From positions 159,625 to 223,624 of the forward strand of contig JACKGY010000003.1 in assembly GCA_020639295.1 (NCBI GenBank): 64,000 bases of DNA, read 5' to 3'. This stretch comes from Planctomycetota bacterium (GTDB taxonomy: Bacteria; Planctomycetota; GCA-002687715; DRQF01). The position numbers and the translations under genes are program-made. Under the pieces are notes generated by a model. It had not been told where the DNA came from. It ran no database searches and was given only the letters and a program-made list of their open reading frames with translations. This document shows positions 9,187 through 21,289 of this stretch, one piece after another (the first letter of the stretch is position 1; the number at the start of each line of letters is the position of its first letter).

Positions 9187-10680
9187 TCAGTCGTCCCAGT
9201 CGGGCTCCTCGATTTCGCCCGGGGTCGCCAGGGGCAGGAGAAGTCGGAACTCGGTCCCTTCGCCGGGGCGGGAATCGACGACGATGCGGCCGCCCATCTC
9301 GCTGACGATGCCGTGGACGTTGCTGAGCCCGAGGCCCGCCCCCGTGTGCACCGGCTTGGTGCTGAAGAAGGGCTCGAAGATCCGATCGCGGACGCAGTCG
9401 TCCATGCCGATGCCCTGATCCCGCACCAGGATGAGGGCCTGCTCCCGGCCCTGGTCGCCATGGACGATGCCGAGACCGAGTTCGAGCCTGCCGCCCTGGG
9501 GCATCGCCTCCTGGCCGTTGGCGACCAGGTTGAGCAGGACCTGCTGGATGCCGGATCGATCCCCGAGCACGGGGACCGGAGCGTCGGGGCGTTCGAAGAC
9601 GAGCGTCACCTCCGGGCGGATCAGGTGCTCGAGGATGCCCAGCGTGCGTTCGGTCACCCGGACGAGGTCGATCACCCGCGTCTCACCCCGTTCCTGACGG
9701 GCGAAGACGAGCAGCTGCCGGGTCAGGTCGCCGGCGTCCTGCGCTGAGTCGGCGATCTGTCGCAGCTGCTGGCGGATGTCCTCCTCCCGCGTAGCGGGGT
9801 CGTCCAGCGCGATCTCGGCCAGATTCGCCGCGCCCAGGATCGCGGTCAGGATGTTGTTGAAGTCGTGGGCCACGCCACCGGCGAAGCGACCCACCGTCTC
9901 GAGCCGGCTCTTCCGGGCCAGCTCGCGCTCCTGTCTGGTCTCGCCGCTGACGTCGCGCTTGATCGCCACGTAGTGGGTGATCCGTCCCTGGCCGTCCCGG
10001 ACCGGCGAGATGGTCTGATGCTCCTCGTAGAACTCGCCGTTTCGTCGGCGGTTGGTGATCCGGCCCCGCCAGACCTCACCGGCCCGGATCGTGCGCCAGA
10101 GATCGGCGTAGAAGGCGGCCGAGTGCATGCCACTCTTCAGGAAGCGCATGTTGCGGCCGATGATGTCGTCCGGCGCGTAGCCGGTGATCTGCTCGAAGGC
10201 CGGATTGACGTAGTGGATGTCGCCTTCGAGATCGGTGATGACGAAACCGTCCGCCGACTGCTCGACGCCGGCGGCGAGTTGGACGAGGTAGCGTTCGCCA
10301 CCTTCGATCGTGCCGAGCGGGCTCACCAGCACGACGCTGCCGAGCGGTCGACCGCTCTGCGGGTCGTGGAAGGACTGGAGGACCAGACGGTGCCAGCGGG
10401 AGTCGGACCCTGGGCGCAGCAGACGCAAGGTGGCGGTGGTCGTCGGCTGGCGCGGATCGAGTCCCACGAGGGCCTCGCGGAACCGGCCGCGATCGAGCGG
10501 GTCGACGAGGTTGGTGAAGTCGGTCCCGGGCACGACCTCCGGGGCCGGAAAGAGCGTGGGCCTGCCGCCCTGGTCGAAGTGGAGGATGCGTCCCTCCGGA
10601 TCGAGCCGGAACAACCGCTCCTGCGGACCGTCCTGGAACTCGGGCGACCGATCGCCTTGTTCGCGCGCTTTCATGGGCAT
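9187..10680 (-). CDS. Cytoplasmic PAS-domain sensor histidine kinase.
   Basis: 497 aa. PAS segment (ITDLEGDIHYVNPAFEQITGY), H-box GGVAHDFNNILTAI, and N/G boxes (LLNLVANGQEAM, DQGIGM, GAGLGLS). Confidence 0.88.
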   Translation of the reverse strand: MPMKAREQGDRSPEFQDGPQERLFRLDPEGRILHFDQGGRPTLFPAPEVVPGTDFTNLVDPLDRGRFREALVGLDPRQPTTTATLRLLRPGSDSRWHRLVLQSFHDPQSGRPLGSVVLVSPLGTIEGGERYLVQLAAGVEQSADGFVITDLEGDIHYVNPAFEQITGYAPDDIIGRNMRFLKSGMHSAAFYADLWRTIRAGEVWRGRITNRRRNGEFYEEHQTISPVRDGQGRITHYVAIKRDVSGETRQERELARKSRLETVGRFAGGVAHDFNNILTAILGAANLAEIALDDPATREEDIRQQLRQIADSAQDAGDLTRQLLVFARQERGETRVIDLVRVTERTLGILEHLIRPEVTLVFERPDAPVPVLGDRSGIQQVLLNLVANGQEAMPQGGRLELGLGIVHGDQGREQALILVRDQGIGMDDCVRDRIFEPFFSTKPVHTGAGLGLSNVHGIVSEMGGRIVVDSRPGEGTEFRLLLPLATPGEIEEPDWDD

Positions 10681-10761
10681 CTCGACGTCGAGTCGACCGC
10701 CCCCCGCGATCCGAGCTCGACCTGGGATCGAGATTAATCGTCAGGATTAGACAATCAAGTG

Positions 10762-11055
10762 CTATCGGATCTCGATCCGGGACCAGGCCAGGCCGCGCAG
10801 ACGGGCGGCCGCCGCCAGGTCGTCGAGGCGCGATCCCGCGGCGAGGATCAAGTTCGGGCCCGGGCCGACCAGGTCCAGCATCGAGGCGACTTCGGGACCG
10901 GGAGCTTCGAGGATCGGAATGCTGCAGGCCATCGGTCGGGGGGCGGCCGGGGCGAGGATGATTCGCCGCGCCCGGTGGCGCAGCGCGAGCCGCCCCAGTT
11001 CCTCCGGAGCGCAGGCCGCGCCATCGAGGAGGAGCAGGATGGAGAGTTCAGGCAT
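10762..11055 (-). CDS. Hypothetical small protein (97 aa), distal gene of a three-gene operon.
   Basis: In-frame ATG at 11055 (MPELSILLLLDG...). Overlaps the thioesterase stop by 8 nt. I recognise no family. Confidence 0.4.
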   Translation of the reverse strand: MPELSILLLLDGAACAPEELGRLALRHRARRIILAPAAPRPMACSIPILEAPGPEVASMLDLVGPGPNLILAAGSRLDDLAAAARLRGLAWSRIEIR

Positions 11056-11503
11056 CGTCGCCGCCCTCGTCCTCGAGCCATCGGTCGCCCTCGGGCGCGA
11101 CCGCGAAGAGGTCACGGAAGTCGTCGGGAATCGGGGTGGCGCGATCGTCGGCATCGGCGAAGCACATCACCACCCGGGCGCGCGCGCGCAGGAGACCATC
11201 CTCGGCCCGGCGGACCGCCTGGCGGAAGACGACGCTCGACCGGCCCATGTGGGCGCAACGGATGCTCAGCTCGACCTCCTCGTCGGCCAGGGCCGCGCTC
11301 TTGAAGTCGCAGTCCAGCTTCACGATCACGAACCAGGCCCGGCAGTGTTCCGGATACCAGTCGTAGTCGCGGCCCTGGCTGCGCAGGAAGCGCTCGCGGA
11401 CCTCCTCGAACCAGTTGACGTAGACGCCGTTGTTCACGTGCAGGTAGCGATCCAGCTCGTAGGACCGGACGCGCCAGCGCATCGAGTGGCGATCTCGTTT
11501 CAT
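11048..11503 (-). CDS. Acyl-CoA thioesterase, hotdog/4HBT (YbgC-like) family.
   Basis: 151 aa. VRSYELDRYLHVNNGVYVNWFEE is typical of 4HBT thioesterases. ATGA overlap with the upstream gene at 11500-11503. Confidence 0.75.
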   Translation of the reverse strand: MKRDRHSMRWRVRSYELDRYLHVNNGVYVNWFEEVRERFLRSQGRDYDWYPEHCRAWFVIVKLDCDFKSAALADEEVELSIRCAHMGRSSVVFRQAVRRAEDGLLRARARVVMCFADADDRATPIPDDFRDLFAVAPEGDRWLEDEGGDDA

Positions 11504-12495
11504 CGGGACTCCTCGAGCCAGCCATCGATCCGCGTCCGGGCCTGGCGCAGCGCGCTGACGATCTCCGCCTCGCGATCGAGCGGGCAGAGCATGGTGCCGC
11601 AGCTCGGCGACAGCGCAAGTCGATCGACGAGTTCCTCTGGCCTCAGGCCACTTGATCGTTCGATTCGGCGCAGGAGGGGCAGGGGATCGTGATCGGCGCC
11701 CGTGGGGAAGGGCGCCACGATGCCGAGGCGGAGACGACCGCCGCCACGCAGGTAGTCGGCGAGGATCGGGGCCCCGGTCTCGAGCTCGGAGCCGAATCGC
11801 TGGGCGTCGAGCGAAAGCTCGTCGATCGGCAGACGCCGGAGCAGGTCGAGAGGGGGAGCCGAGCAGCAATGCAGGCCCGCGCGCGCGCCGCTCGCCCTGA
11901 TCCCCTCCAGTACCGGTTCGAGGATGGCCACGATCTCGTCGCCGTGCTCGCGTGGACCGGGAAGACCGAGGACGGGTTCATCGAGGATGACGACGGCCCG
12001 GTCCGTCCCGGCCTTGAGCCCCTGCGCCAGGCGGCGGCCGATCTCGCCACACCAGCGGGCCAGGAGGCCATGATGTTCCGGGAAGGCCCAGAGCGGACGC
12101 GACCAGGAATCGCGCAGACTCTGCAGGATCGTGATCGGACCGGCGAACTGGTCCTTCAGGCCTCGACCCTCGCCTCGGTCGCCGAGCGCGGCGAGGAAGC
12201 GCCGCTGCGCCGCGAGGACCGGTAGGTCGTCGAGCGCCTCGAGGTCGAAGAAGCCGGCCAGGGTCTGATCGTCGGCGAGCCGATCGAGCTTGACGCCGAA
12301 GCCCGGATGCGCGGCCAGGGGCAAGCCCTCGGGCAGGCACTCCGCGAGCATTCCGCTGGCGCCGTCGCCCAGGGGAGGCTGGGGCCGGAAGACCTCGTCG
12401 TAGGAGTCCAGGACCCAATCGAGGGCCTCCTCGAGGCTTGCCTGGGGCAGACCACCGATGCCCACGAGAAGTGTTCCGTAAGCCCTGTTCCGCAT
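11500..12495 (-). CDS. UROD/MetE-like (cobalamin-independent methionine synthase C-terminal-like) family protein; function unknown.
   Basis: 331 aa from the ATG at 12495 (MRNRAYGTLLVGIGG). The pattern FAGPITIL...ILDEPVLG...LHCCS...LSPSCG resembles the Meth_synt_2/UROD fold. The start is uncertain; an upstream MVVGG start is possible. Confidence 0.5.
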   Translation of the reverse strand: MRNRAYGTLLVGIGGLPQASLEEALDWVLDSYDEVFRPQPPLGDGASGMLAECLPEGLPLAAHPGFGVKLDRLADDQTLAGFFDLEALDDLPVLAAQRRFLAALGDRGEGRGLKDQFAGPITILQSLRDSWSRPLWAFPEHHGLLARWCGEIGRRLAQGLKAGTDRAVVILDEPVLGLPGPREHGDEIVAILEPVLEGIRASGARAGLHCCSAPPLDLLRRLPIDELSLDAQRFGSELETGAPILADYLRGGGRLRLGIVAPFPTGADHDPLPLLRRIERSSGLRPEELVDRLALSPSCGTMLCPLDREAEIVSALRQARTRIDGWLEESR

Positions 12496-12668
12496 GAATC
12501 CCGTTAACAAGAAGAGTTCGCCCCCGACGACCATGGTCGGGCTGTCCCCGGCCCGGCTTAGCCTGCGGATTACCCCCTGAGCCGGGGGTGGGCGCCTGGC
12601 AGCGGAATCCGAGAGACTTCTCGGTGGACGATTGACGACGCCCGAGAGTCTTGTAGGATCGGCATCGC

Positions 12669-12684
12669 CCACTAGATATTGGGG
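12669..12684 (+). promoter_or_regulatory. NrdR-box-like 16-bp palindrome overlapping promoter-like hexamers upstream of nrdJ.
   Basis: ccACTAGATATTGggg matches about 12 of 16 positions of the NrdR box consensus (acaCwAtATaTwGtgt). TTGTAG, 16-nt spacer, TAGATA are read at 12651-12678. Only one box was found. Confidence 0.35.
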
Positions 12685-12935
12685 TGGCTTGGGGTGATGA
12701 CCCCAGGGGGTCGAGAGGCCTCCGGTTTCTCCGGTCATGGTCCGAGGACCTGGCCGGAGCAAGTCCGGAAGGCGCTCGAAGGCCCGTGGTGCCGGTGTCC
12801 GACCGCCGGACTCGCTCGCTACTTTTTTTAGTTCGGGACCAAGCTGGATCGGGAGCCGCGGGGCACCCGCGTCCGGGGGGAGTGGCCGGAGCCTTGGCGG
12901 CCCCGGTGGGGATCTGGGTTTGGAAAGGGAATAGC

Positions 12936-16223
<3,288 letters not shown>

Positions 16224-16246
16224 TCGATCTCTGAGACGGGAGTCGG

Positions 16247-16270
16247 GCGGCGGGGCTTCGGCCCCGCCGC
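16247..16270 (+). terminator. Perfect 10-bp GC stem with a UUCG tetraloop between nrdJ and dcd. It has no T tail.
   Basis: gcggcggggc-ttcg-gccccgccgc, read directly. Lacking a U tract, it may be an mRNA-stabilising or processing hairpin rather than a true terminator. Confidence 0.4.
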
Positions 16271-16289
16271 TCCTGCTCCAACCGAAGCC

Positions 16290-17417
16290 TTGTCCGACAC
16301 CGCCCAGTCATTCAACGCCCTCAGCGGCGCGCTCACTACCGCGCTGATCCGGGAACTCGTCGCGCGCGGCCACGTCCTCTCGACCGCGGGAATCGCCGAT
16401 CGGCAGTACCAGCCGGCCAGCCTCGACCTGACCCTGGCCGAGGAAGGTTACAAGCTGCCGGGATCGATCCTGCCGCTACGCAACGAGAAGGTCCGCGACG
16501 TCATCGCCGACTTCCGGGCCCGGCCGCTGGATCTCGGCCAGCCCTGCTACCTCGATCGTGGCGGCGTCTATCTGATCCGCCTCAACGAGGCCCTGGACCT
16601 GCCTCCCGGGATCGGCGCCTACACCAACAACAAGAGCAGCACCGGTCGGATCGACCTGCAGACCCGGACCCTGAGCGACGGCAATCCCCGCTACGAGAAG
16701 CACAGTCGGGGCTATCGGGGTGAGCTCTGGATCGAGGTGATCCCGAAGTCCTTCGACGTGCGCGTGCGCGCCGGCGTCTCGCTCAACCAGGCGATCTTCT
16801 ATGGCCAGCGCGCGATCCTCGGCGACGCGGAACTCGAAGGGCTGATGGCCAAGACGCCCTTGCTCTTCGACAAGGAGGGACGCGCGATCGGGCCGGGTGA
16901 GGCCGTGGTCGACCAGGGCCTGCTCATGGCCATCGATCTCGACCAGGAGGTGGTCGGCTACGTCGCCAAGAAGTCTCCCGATCCGATCATTCTCGACGTC
17001 GACGAGAAGGCCGATCCGCGCGACTTCTTCGATCCGATCGAACGACCGCGGCACCAGCGCCTGCTTCTGATGAAGGAGCACTTCTACATCCTGAGCACGC
17101 TCGAGTACGTGAGGGTGCCGACCGAGTACGCCGTCGAGATGCTGCCCTTCGAGACCACGGCGGGTGAGTTCCGTGCCCATTACGCCGGTTTCTTCGATCC
17201 CGGGTTCGGCTGGGGACGATCCGGGGAGGTGAAGGGCACGCCCGCCGTGCTCGAGGTCCGCCCCTACGACGACGACCTGGTGCTTCGCCACGGCCAGCCG
17301 ATCTGCAAGATGGCCTACGAGCGTCTCTGCGGTTCCACCGACCGGATCTACGGCGAGGGGCCGGTCAACCACTATGCCCACCAGCGTGGGCCGCGACTGT
17401 CCCGCTACTTCGGCTGA
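16290..17417 (+). CDS. dcd: 2'-deoxycytidine 5'-triphosphate deaminase, long (about 370 aa) form.
   Basis: 375 aa with a TTG start as in the track. Resembles the long DCD family (YQPASLDLTL, NNKSSTGRIDLQTR, ELWIEV, duplicated dUTPase-like fold). The start codon is uncertain. Confidence 0.7.
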   Translation: MSDTAQSFNALSGALTTALIRELVARGHVLSTAGIADRQYQPASLDLTLAEEGYKLPGSILPLRNEKVRDVIADFRARPLDLGQPCYLDRGGVYLIRLNEALDLPPGIGAYTNNKSSTGRIDLQTRTLSDGNPRYEKHSRGYRGELWIEVIPKSFDVRVRAGVSLNQAIFYGQRAILGDAELEGLMAKTPLLFDKEGRAIGPGEAVVDQGLLMAIDLDQEVVGYVAKKSPDPIILDVDEKADPRDFFDPIERPRHQRLLLMKEHFYILSTLEYVRVPTEYAVEMLPFETTAGEFRAHYAGFFDPGFGWGRSGEVKGTPAVLEVRPYDDDLVLRHGQPICKMAYERLCGSTDRIYGEGPVNHYAHQRGPRLSRYFG

Positions 17418-17420
17418 GTC

Positions 17421-18806
17421 TCAGGGCTGGTCGGCCCAGTGGGCCTCGACCGCGAGCGGCAGGGTGACGATGAACTCGCTCCCCTGATCACGCTTCGGTC
17501 CCAGCTGGACCCGGCCGCGATGCTCCTCGACGACCTCCCGGACGACGCTCAGGCCGATGCCGTTGTTTTCGCCGGGCGACTTGGTGCTGAAGTAGCGGTC
17601 GAAGATCCGCTCGCGGAATTCGTCCGGAATGCCGACCCCGTCATCGATGACTTGGAGCTGGGCGGAACCGTCCCGGACGGCGAGGCGGACCGAGATCACG
17701 CCGCCGCGTGGCATGGCCTCGGCGGCATTGAGCAGCAGGTTGACCAGGACTCGCTGCAGGCGGACGCGGTCGCCCTCGATGGCCGCCTCCGGGGCGAGGT
17801 TGTCGAAGACCAGCTTGATGTTGGCGCGCAGCGTCGGCTTGATCAGGTCGACCGTATCCTCGACCAGCTCGGCCAGGGTCAGGATCTGGGTCTTGAGGGG
17901 CTCCGACCGGCTGGGGCCCGAGAGCGCGCGCACGAGCTCGAAGGCGCTCGCGCCCGCCCTGGAGATCGAGAGCAGGTTCTCCCGGTGCTGGAGGTCGAGC
18001 TCGAAGCTCAAGAGTTCGGCCTGTCCGGTGATGATCTGCAGGAAGTTCCTGAGGTCGTGGGCCGCGGCGCGACGCGAGTCGCTGGTCTCGCCCCCGGCCT
18101 CGAGGCCCTGGATCGGGGTCGCGATCGTGCGGGCCGAGGCCAGCGCCGATTCCTCTTCGGGGGAAGGTTCCGAGCCGGTCGGCTCGAGCACGACGCTCAC
18201 CCCGGCCGGATGTCCCTGGTCGGGATCGAGCCAGCGCTGAGCCCCCCAGTCGAGTTCGACCGCTTCCCCGGCCCAGATCGTGGTCTCGGAGCGGTCGGAG
18301 TGGATCGCCCCGTCTGCCTGCAGGGCCTGGCGCCAGGCGCGCTCGATCACCGTGCGGGGGAGATTGCCGATCGTGGCCACGCGTCGGCCGACGATCTCCT
18401 CGCGCAGGCAGCCCGAGCGGAAGAGGAAGCTGTCGCTGCAATCGAGGATGACCGCCTGGTCGTCCAGGAGCACGGTCGGGTGGCTGGCCTGATCGAGCAG
18501 GAGCCGGAACTGGCCGAGGCGCCGAGAGGCCTCCGACGTGCGTGCCGTCGACTCGATGTCGTAGGCGAGGGTCGCCCAGAGCACCGGCAGGAGCACGCGC
18601 AGCATGTCGCCCAGCCGGTCGGCGCTCTCATGGCCACGCCATTGCAGGTAATCACAGAGATGGAGCAGGGCGGCGATTCCCGCCAGCGCCAGGAGCAGGG
18701 GCCCCATGCGGCCCAGTCGGCGACGCCGCGTCGGCAGGACGATCTGGGCGGCCGCCGCGAGGGCGACGACGAGACCGATCGCCTCGATCCAGGCGGTGAC
18801 GCTCAT
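17421..18806 (-). CDS. Membrane-anchored sensor histidine kinase.
   Basis: ATG at 18806 (MSVTAWIEAIGLVVALAAA). Hydrophobic N-terminus, PAS-like middle, H-box AAAHDLRNFLQII, LLLNAAEAM, DDGVGIP and GIGLSVV. Confidence 0.85.
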   Translation of the reverse strand: MSVTAWIEAIGLVVALAAAAQIVLPTRRRRLGRMGPLLLALAGIAALLHLCDYLQWRGHESADRLGDMLRVLLPVLWATLAYDIESTARTSEASRRLGQFRLLLDQASHPTVLLDDQAVILDCSDSFLFRSGCLREEIVGRRVATIGNLPRTVIERAWRQALQADGAIHSDRSETTIWAGEAVELDWGAQRWLDPDQGHPAGVSVVLEPTGSEPSPEEESALASARTIATPIQGLEAGGETSDSRRAAAHDLRNFLQIITGQAELLSFELDLQHRENLLSISRAGASAFELVRALSGPSRSEPLKTQILTLAELVEDTVDLIKPTLRANIKLVFDNLAPEAAIEGDRVRLQRVLVNLLLNAAEAMPRGGVISVRLAVRDGSAQLQVIDDGVGIPDEFRERIFDRYFSTKSPGENNGIGLSVVREVVEEHRGRVQLGPKRDQGSEFIVTLPLAVEAHWADQP

Positions 18807-19087
18807 CGGAGGGCGCTCCGTCGTCGGGCCTGTCGGATCCACAGGAAGAGCAGGACGGAGTGGCCGAGATAGGCGAGATGCTCGACGATGTTGACCGCCG
18901 CCGCCGCCGGTTCGGGCAGGATCTCCTCGACGTTCGTGGCCGCGAGCGCGACCACCAGGGCGAGGATCGCCAGCGTGGCCAGGCCACGCGCCGGGCCGAT
19001 CAGGTCGCGCACCCTCCAGAAGAGAACCAGCGCGACCAGGGCGACGGCGAAGACCAGGATCTCGCGATCCTCGAAGACCAGGAACAT
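18803..19087 (-). CDS. Small polytopic membrane protein (94 aa), translationally coupled to the kinase.
   Basis: Three hydrophobic segments (ILVFAVALVALVLFW, LATLAILALVVALAA, LGHSVLLFLWI). Its stop overlaps the kinase ATG (ATGA at 18803-18806). Confidence 0.55.
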   Translation of the reverse strand: MFLVFEDREILVFAVALVALVLFWRVRDLIGPARGLATLAILALVVALAATNVEEILPEPAAAAVNIVEHLAYLGHSVLLFLWIRQARRRSALR

Positions 19088-19187
19088 GGCGCTTCCTCCC
19101 CACCAAGACTAATTGGGAGCCCGGCCAGATGCCAGCATCCAGGCCGCTTTCGTCTGGCGGGGCCGAGACGAACGGGATCGAGTCGCC

Positions 19188-19715
19188 TTAGTCTTCCTTC
19201 TCGATCGAGATGTCGTCCTCGGTTCCCGGAATTCCGTCCTCGCCCGGGGAACGGACCTCGAAGCCCCGCGGGAGCTTCCGGTAGAGGATCGGCTGGCCCC
19301 AGGCGTCCTCGGGTTTGCCGATGACGGCGGGGAAGTCCGCGGTCGCCGGATAGTCGCCGGTTCGATCCCGGTGTTCGATGAGCTGGTTGTGGACCTCGAG
19401 CAGGGTTCCGCCGGTGGTCCCCGTCCGTTCCATGCTGACCGACGCGTCGCCGAGATCCAGGAGCCCGCGGAGCATCGTGAGGCCCATGATCAGGAAGAAG
19501 ATCGACCCGGCGATTCCGACCACGGATCCGGCGATGGCGAGCCCACGCGGCGCCTTGCCGAGGCCGAGCATGCTGATCAGAGCGCCGAGGGGGCAGAGGA
19601 GCCCGAAGGTGAAGATGGCTCCGACCAGGGAAACGACCAAACCGACCATGCCGAGCGTGTTCCCGGACGAGGACTGCGAACGGTCAAACCGATCTTCGTC
19701 GGCAAACGGACTCAT
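19188..19715 (-). CDS. Membrane protein with a C-terminal type II secretion pseudopilin (GspG-like) globular module.
   Basis: ATG at 19715 preceded by a GGAGG Shine-Dalgarno. Two or three TM segments, then DAWGQPILYRK...SPGEDGIPGTEDDI, which resembles the GspG C-terminal signature. Confidence 0.55.
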   Translation of the reverse strand: MSPFADEDRFDRSQSSSGNTLGMVGLVVSLVGAIFTFGLLCPLGALISMLGLGKAPRGLAIAGSVVGIAGSIFFLIMGLTMLRGLLDLGDASVSMERTGTTGGTLLEVHNQLIEHRDRTGDYPATADFPAVIGKPEDAWGQPILYRKLPRGFEVRSPGEDGIPGTEDDISIEKED

Positions 19716-19879
19716 GTGTTTCCCTCCCCGGGGCCACTCCGACACCGCTGTCGATCCCTCGGTCCCCTCCGTCCCGACGGCCGGCTACTACTCGAAGGTG
19801 ATGAACCATGCCGGCTCGGATGTCAAGAACCGGGCGAGACCGATCGATCCCGAGTGGCATCGGGAACCCGGACGCGGAC

Positions 19880-21289
19880 TCAGGGCCGCGCGGCTCGGAG
19901 TTCGGAGGCGATCACCTCGTGGCGCTGCTCGAGTTCGGCGATGCGCTGCCGCCGCTCGGCCAGCGTCTTCGGGTTGGGCTTGCGTCCGGCCAGCAGCTTG
20001 TCGAGGGACTTCCGTTCCTTGACCAGATCCTTCTCGATCTTCACCAGCTCGGCGATGCGGGACTTCAGCTTCTCGATCGTGATGGCGACGCGTGCGCGGG
20101 CATCGTCGTCCAGCGCCTCGAGCAGTTTCGCCTGGAGCGAGGCCTCGCGTGGCGCCGTGCCGGTGAAGGAGGCGACGAGCGCGCCCTCGGCGTCGAACAC
20201 GAGCAGGATCGGCGCCGACTTCTCGGCGAAGAATCCGGCCCTGTCCGCCTCGATCCGACCGAGGTCGAGGCGCAGGCATTCGAACTCGCGCAGGACCGCC
20301 GGGACCTCGCAGGCGGCCGGGAAACGGAAGAGATCGGCGTCCGCCTTGGCCGAGATCGTGGCGGCCTTGGTGGGTTTGTCGTTCTCCGTCGCCAGGGATT
20401 GGCCATAGATGAAGACCGGGCGCTTCTCGCCGCGGCCCTCGAGCCAGCCGCTGCTGGCGAGGAAGTCCGCCAGCTCTTCCTTCTTGCGCGGTGCCGCCCC
20501 GTCGAGCCGGAGGTCCCGCCAGGAGACGGCGCCGAGACCCCGTCGCCCTTCGGCGAAGCGCGCGACCGTCCCCAGCCAGGCCGCGAGCGGCTTCACCATC
20601 GACTCGATGCTGGGGACGTGCGGTTGCTTCTCGAGGACCACCTGTTCCACGAGGGCGCCGACCTTCTCGAGCAGCGGGCGGTTGGCATTCGCGGTGGCGA
20701 GGTTCTGGTCGTTCTCGCCGTTGAGCAGCAGCACCGGGTAGCCGGCCGCGACCTCCAGCTTGCACTGGCCGTCCTGGCGGGGGCCGGCGGCGATGATGGC
20801 GTAGCCGGCGTAGCGATCCCGCGCGGCCTCGACGAAGCCGTAGAAGTTGACGCCCCAGCCGCCCATGGACAGGCCGCTCAGGATGACCTGGTCCTGATCG
20901 ATGCCGTAGGCCTCGTCGACCTGCTTTCTCACCTGCTCGATCAGCGCGACCATCTTCTCCGTCGTGTTCGGGTCGTTGCGGATGCCCTGCGCGCCGGCGT
21001 CCTCCTGCGCTCCGTAGGGGAGTCCGACGATGATGTAGCCCTTGTTGCCGGTCGCGGACTTCCAGGGCCAGGACGTGGGACTGCCGCCGGACCCATGCAT
21101 GAAGAAGATGAGCGGCAGGCGCTTGCCGCGCACCCAGTCGGAGGGGATGGCGATGACCCCCGGCGCCGAGGAACCGGGGATCTGCAGGGCGCCCTCCTGA
21201 CCCGCTGCGACGAGCTCCTGCGCCGGCAGGGTTGGCGCCAGGACGACACCGACGATGAACCAGATCGTGATGATGATCGCGGATCGCAT
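19880..21289 (-). CDS. Secreted alpha/beta-hydrolase (esterase/PHB-depolymerase-like) with a C-terminal thioredoxin-like region and coiled coil.
   Basis: Signal-like MRSAIIITIWFIVGVVLAPTLPAQE. LIFFMHGSGG and the nucleophile elbow GLSMGG are present. The tail is rich in heptad-like KxL/E repeats. Confidence 0.7.
   Translation of the reverse strand: MRSAIIITIWFIVGVVLAPTLPAQELVAAGQEGALQIPGSSAPGVIAIPSDWVRGKRLPLIFFMHGSGGSPTSWPWKSATGNKGYIIVGLPYGAQEDAGAQGIRNDPNTTEKMVALIEQVRKQVDEAYGIDQDQVILSGLSMGGWGVNFYGFVEAARDRYAGYAIIAAGPRQDGQCKLEVAAGYPVLLLNGENDQNLATANANRPLLEKVGALVEQVVLEKQPHVPSIESMVKPLAAWLGTVARFAEGRRGLGAVSWRDLRLDGAAPRKKEELADFLASSGWLEGRGEKRPVFIYGQSLATENDKPTKAATISAKADADLFRFPAACEVPAVLREFECLRLDLGRIEADRAGFFAEKSAPILLVFDAEGALVASFTGTAPREASLQAKLLEALDDDARARVAITIEKLKSRIAELVKIEKDLVKERKSLDKLLAGRKPNPKTLAERRQRIAELEQRHEVIASELRAARP

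Noticed and set aside
12818-12833. Second NrdR box at gctactttttttagtt.
   Set aside because: The match to the consensus is poor, and the spacing from the first box (about 150 bp) does not fit the usual tandem arrangement of about 31-32 bp.
12500-12935. Possible cobalamin riboswitch upstream of the B12-dependent nrdJ.
   Set aside because: I looked for the B12-box core (GCCACTG, or AG.CAGGA.ACCTGCC-like) and the GGTG...GGGAA...GGTG.AA.CC framework and could not find them. Only generic GC-rich pairing is visible. A covariance-model scan would be needed to exclude it.
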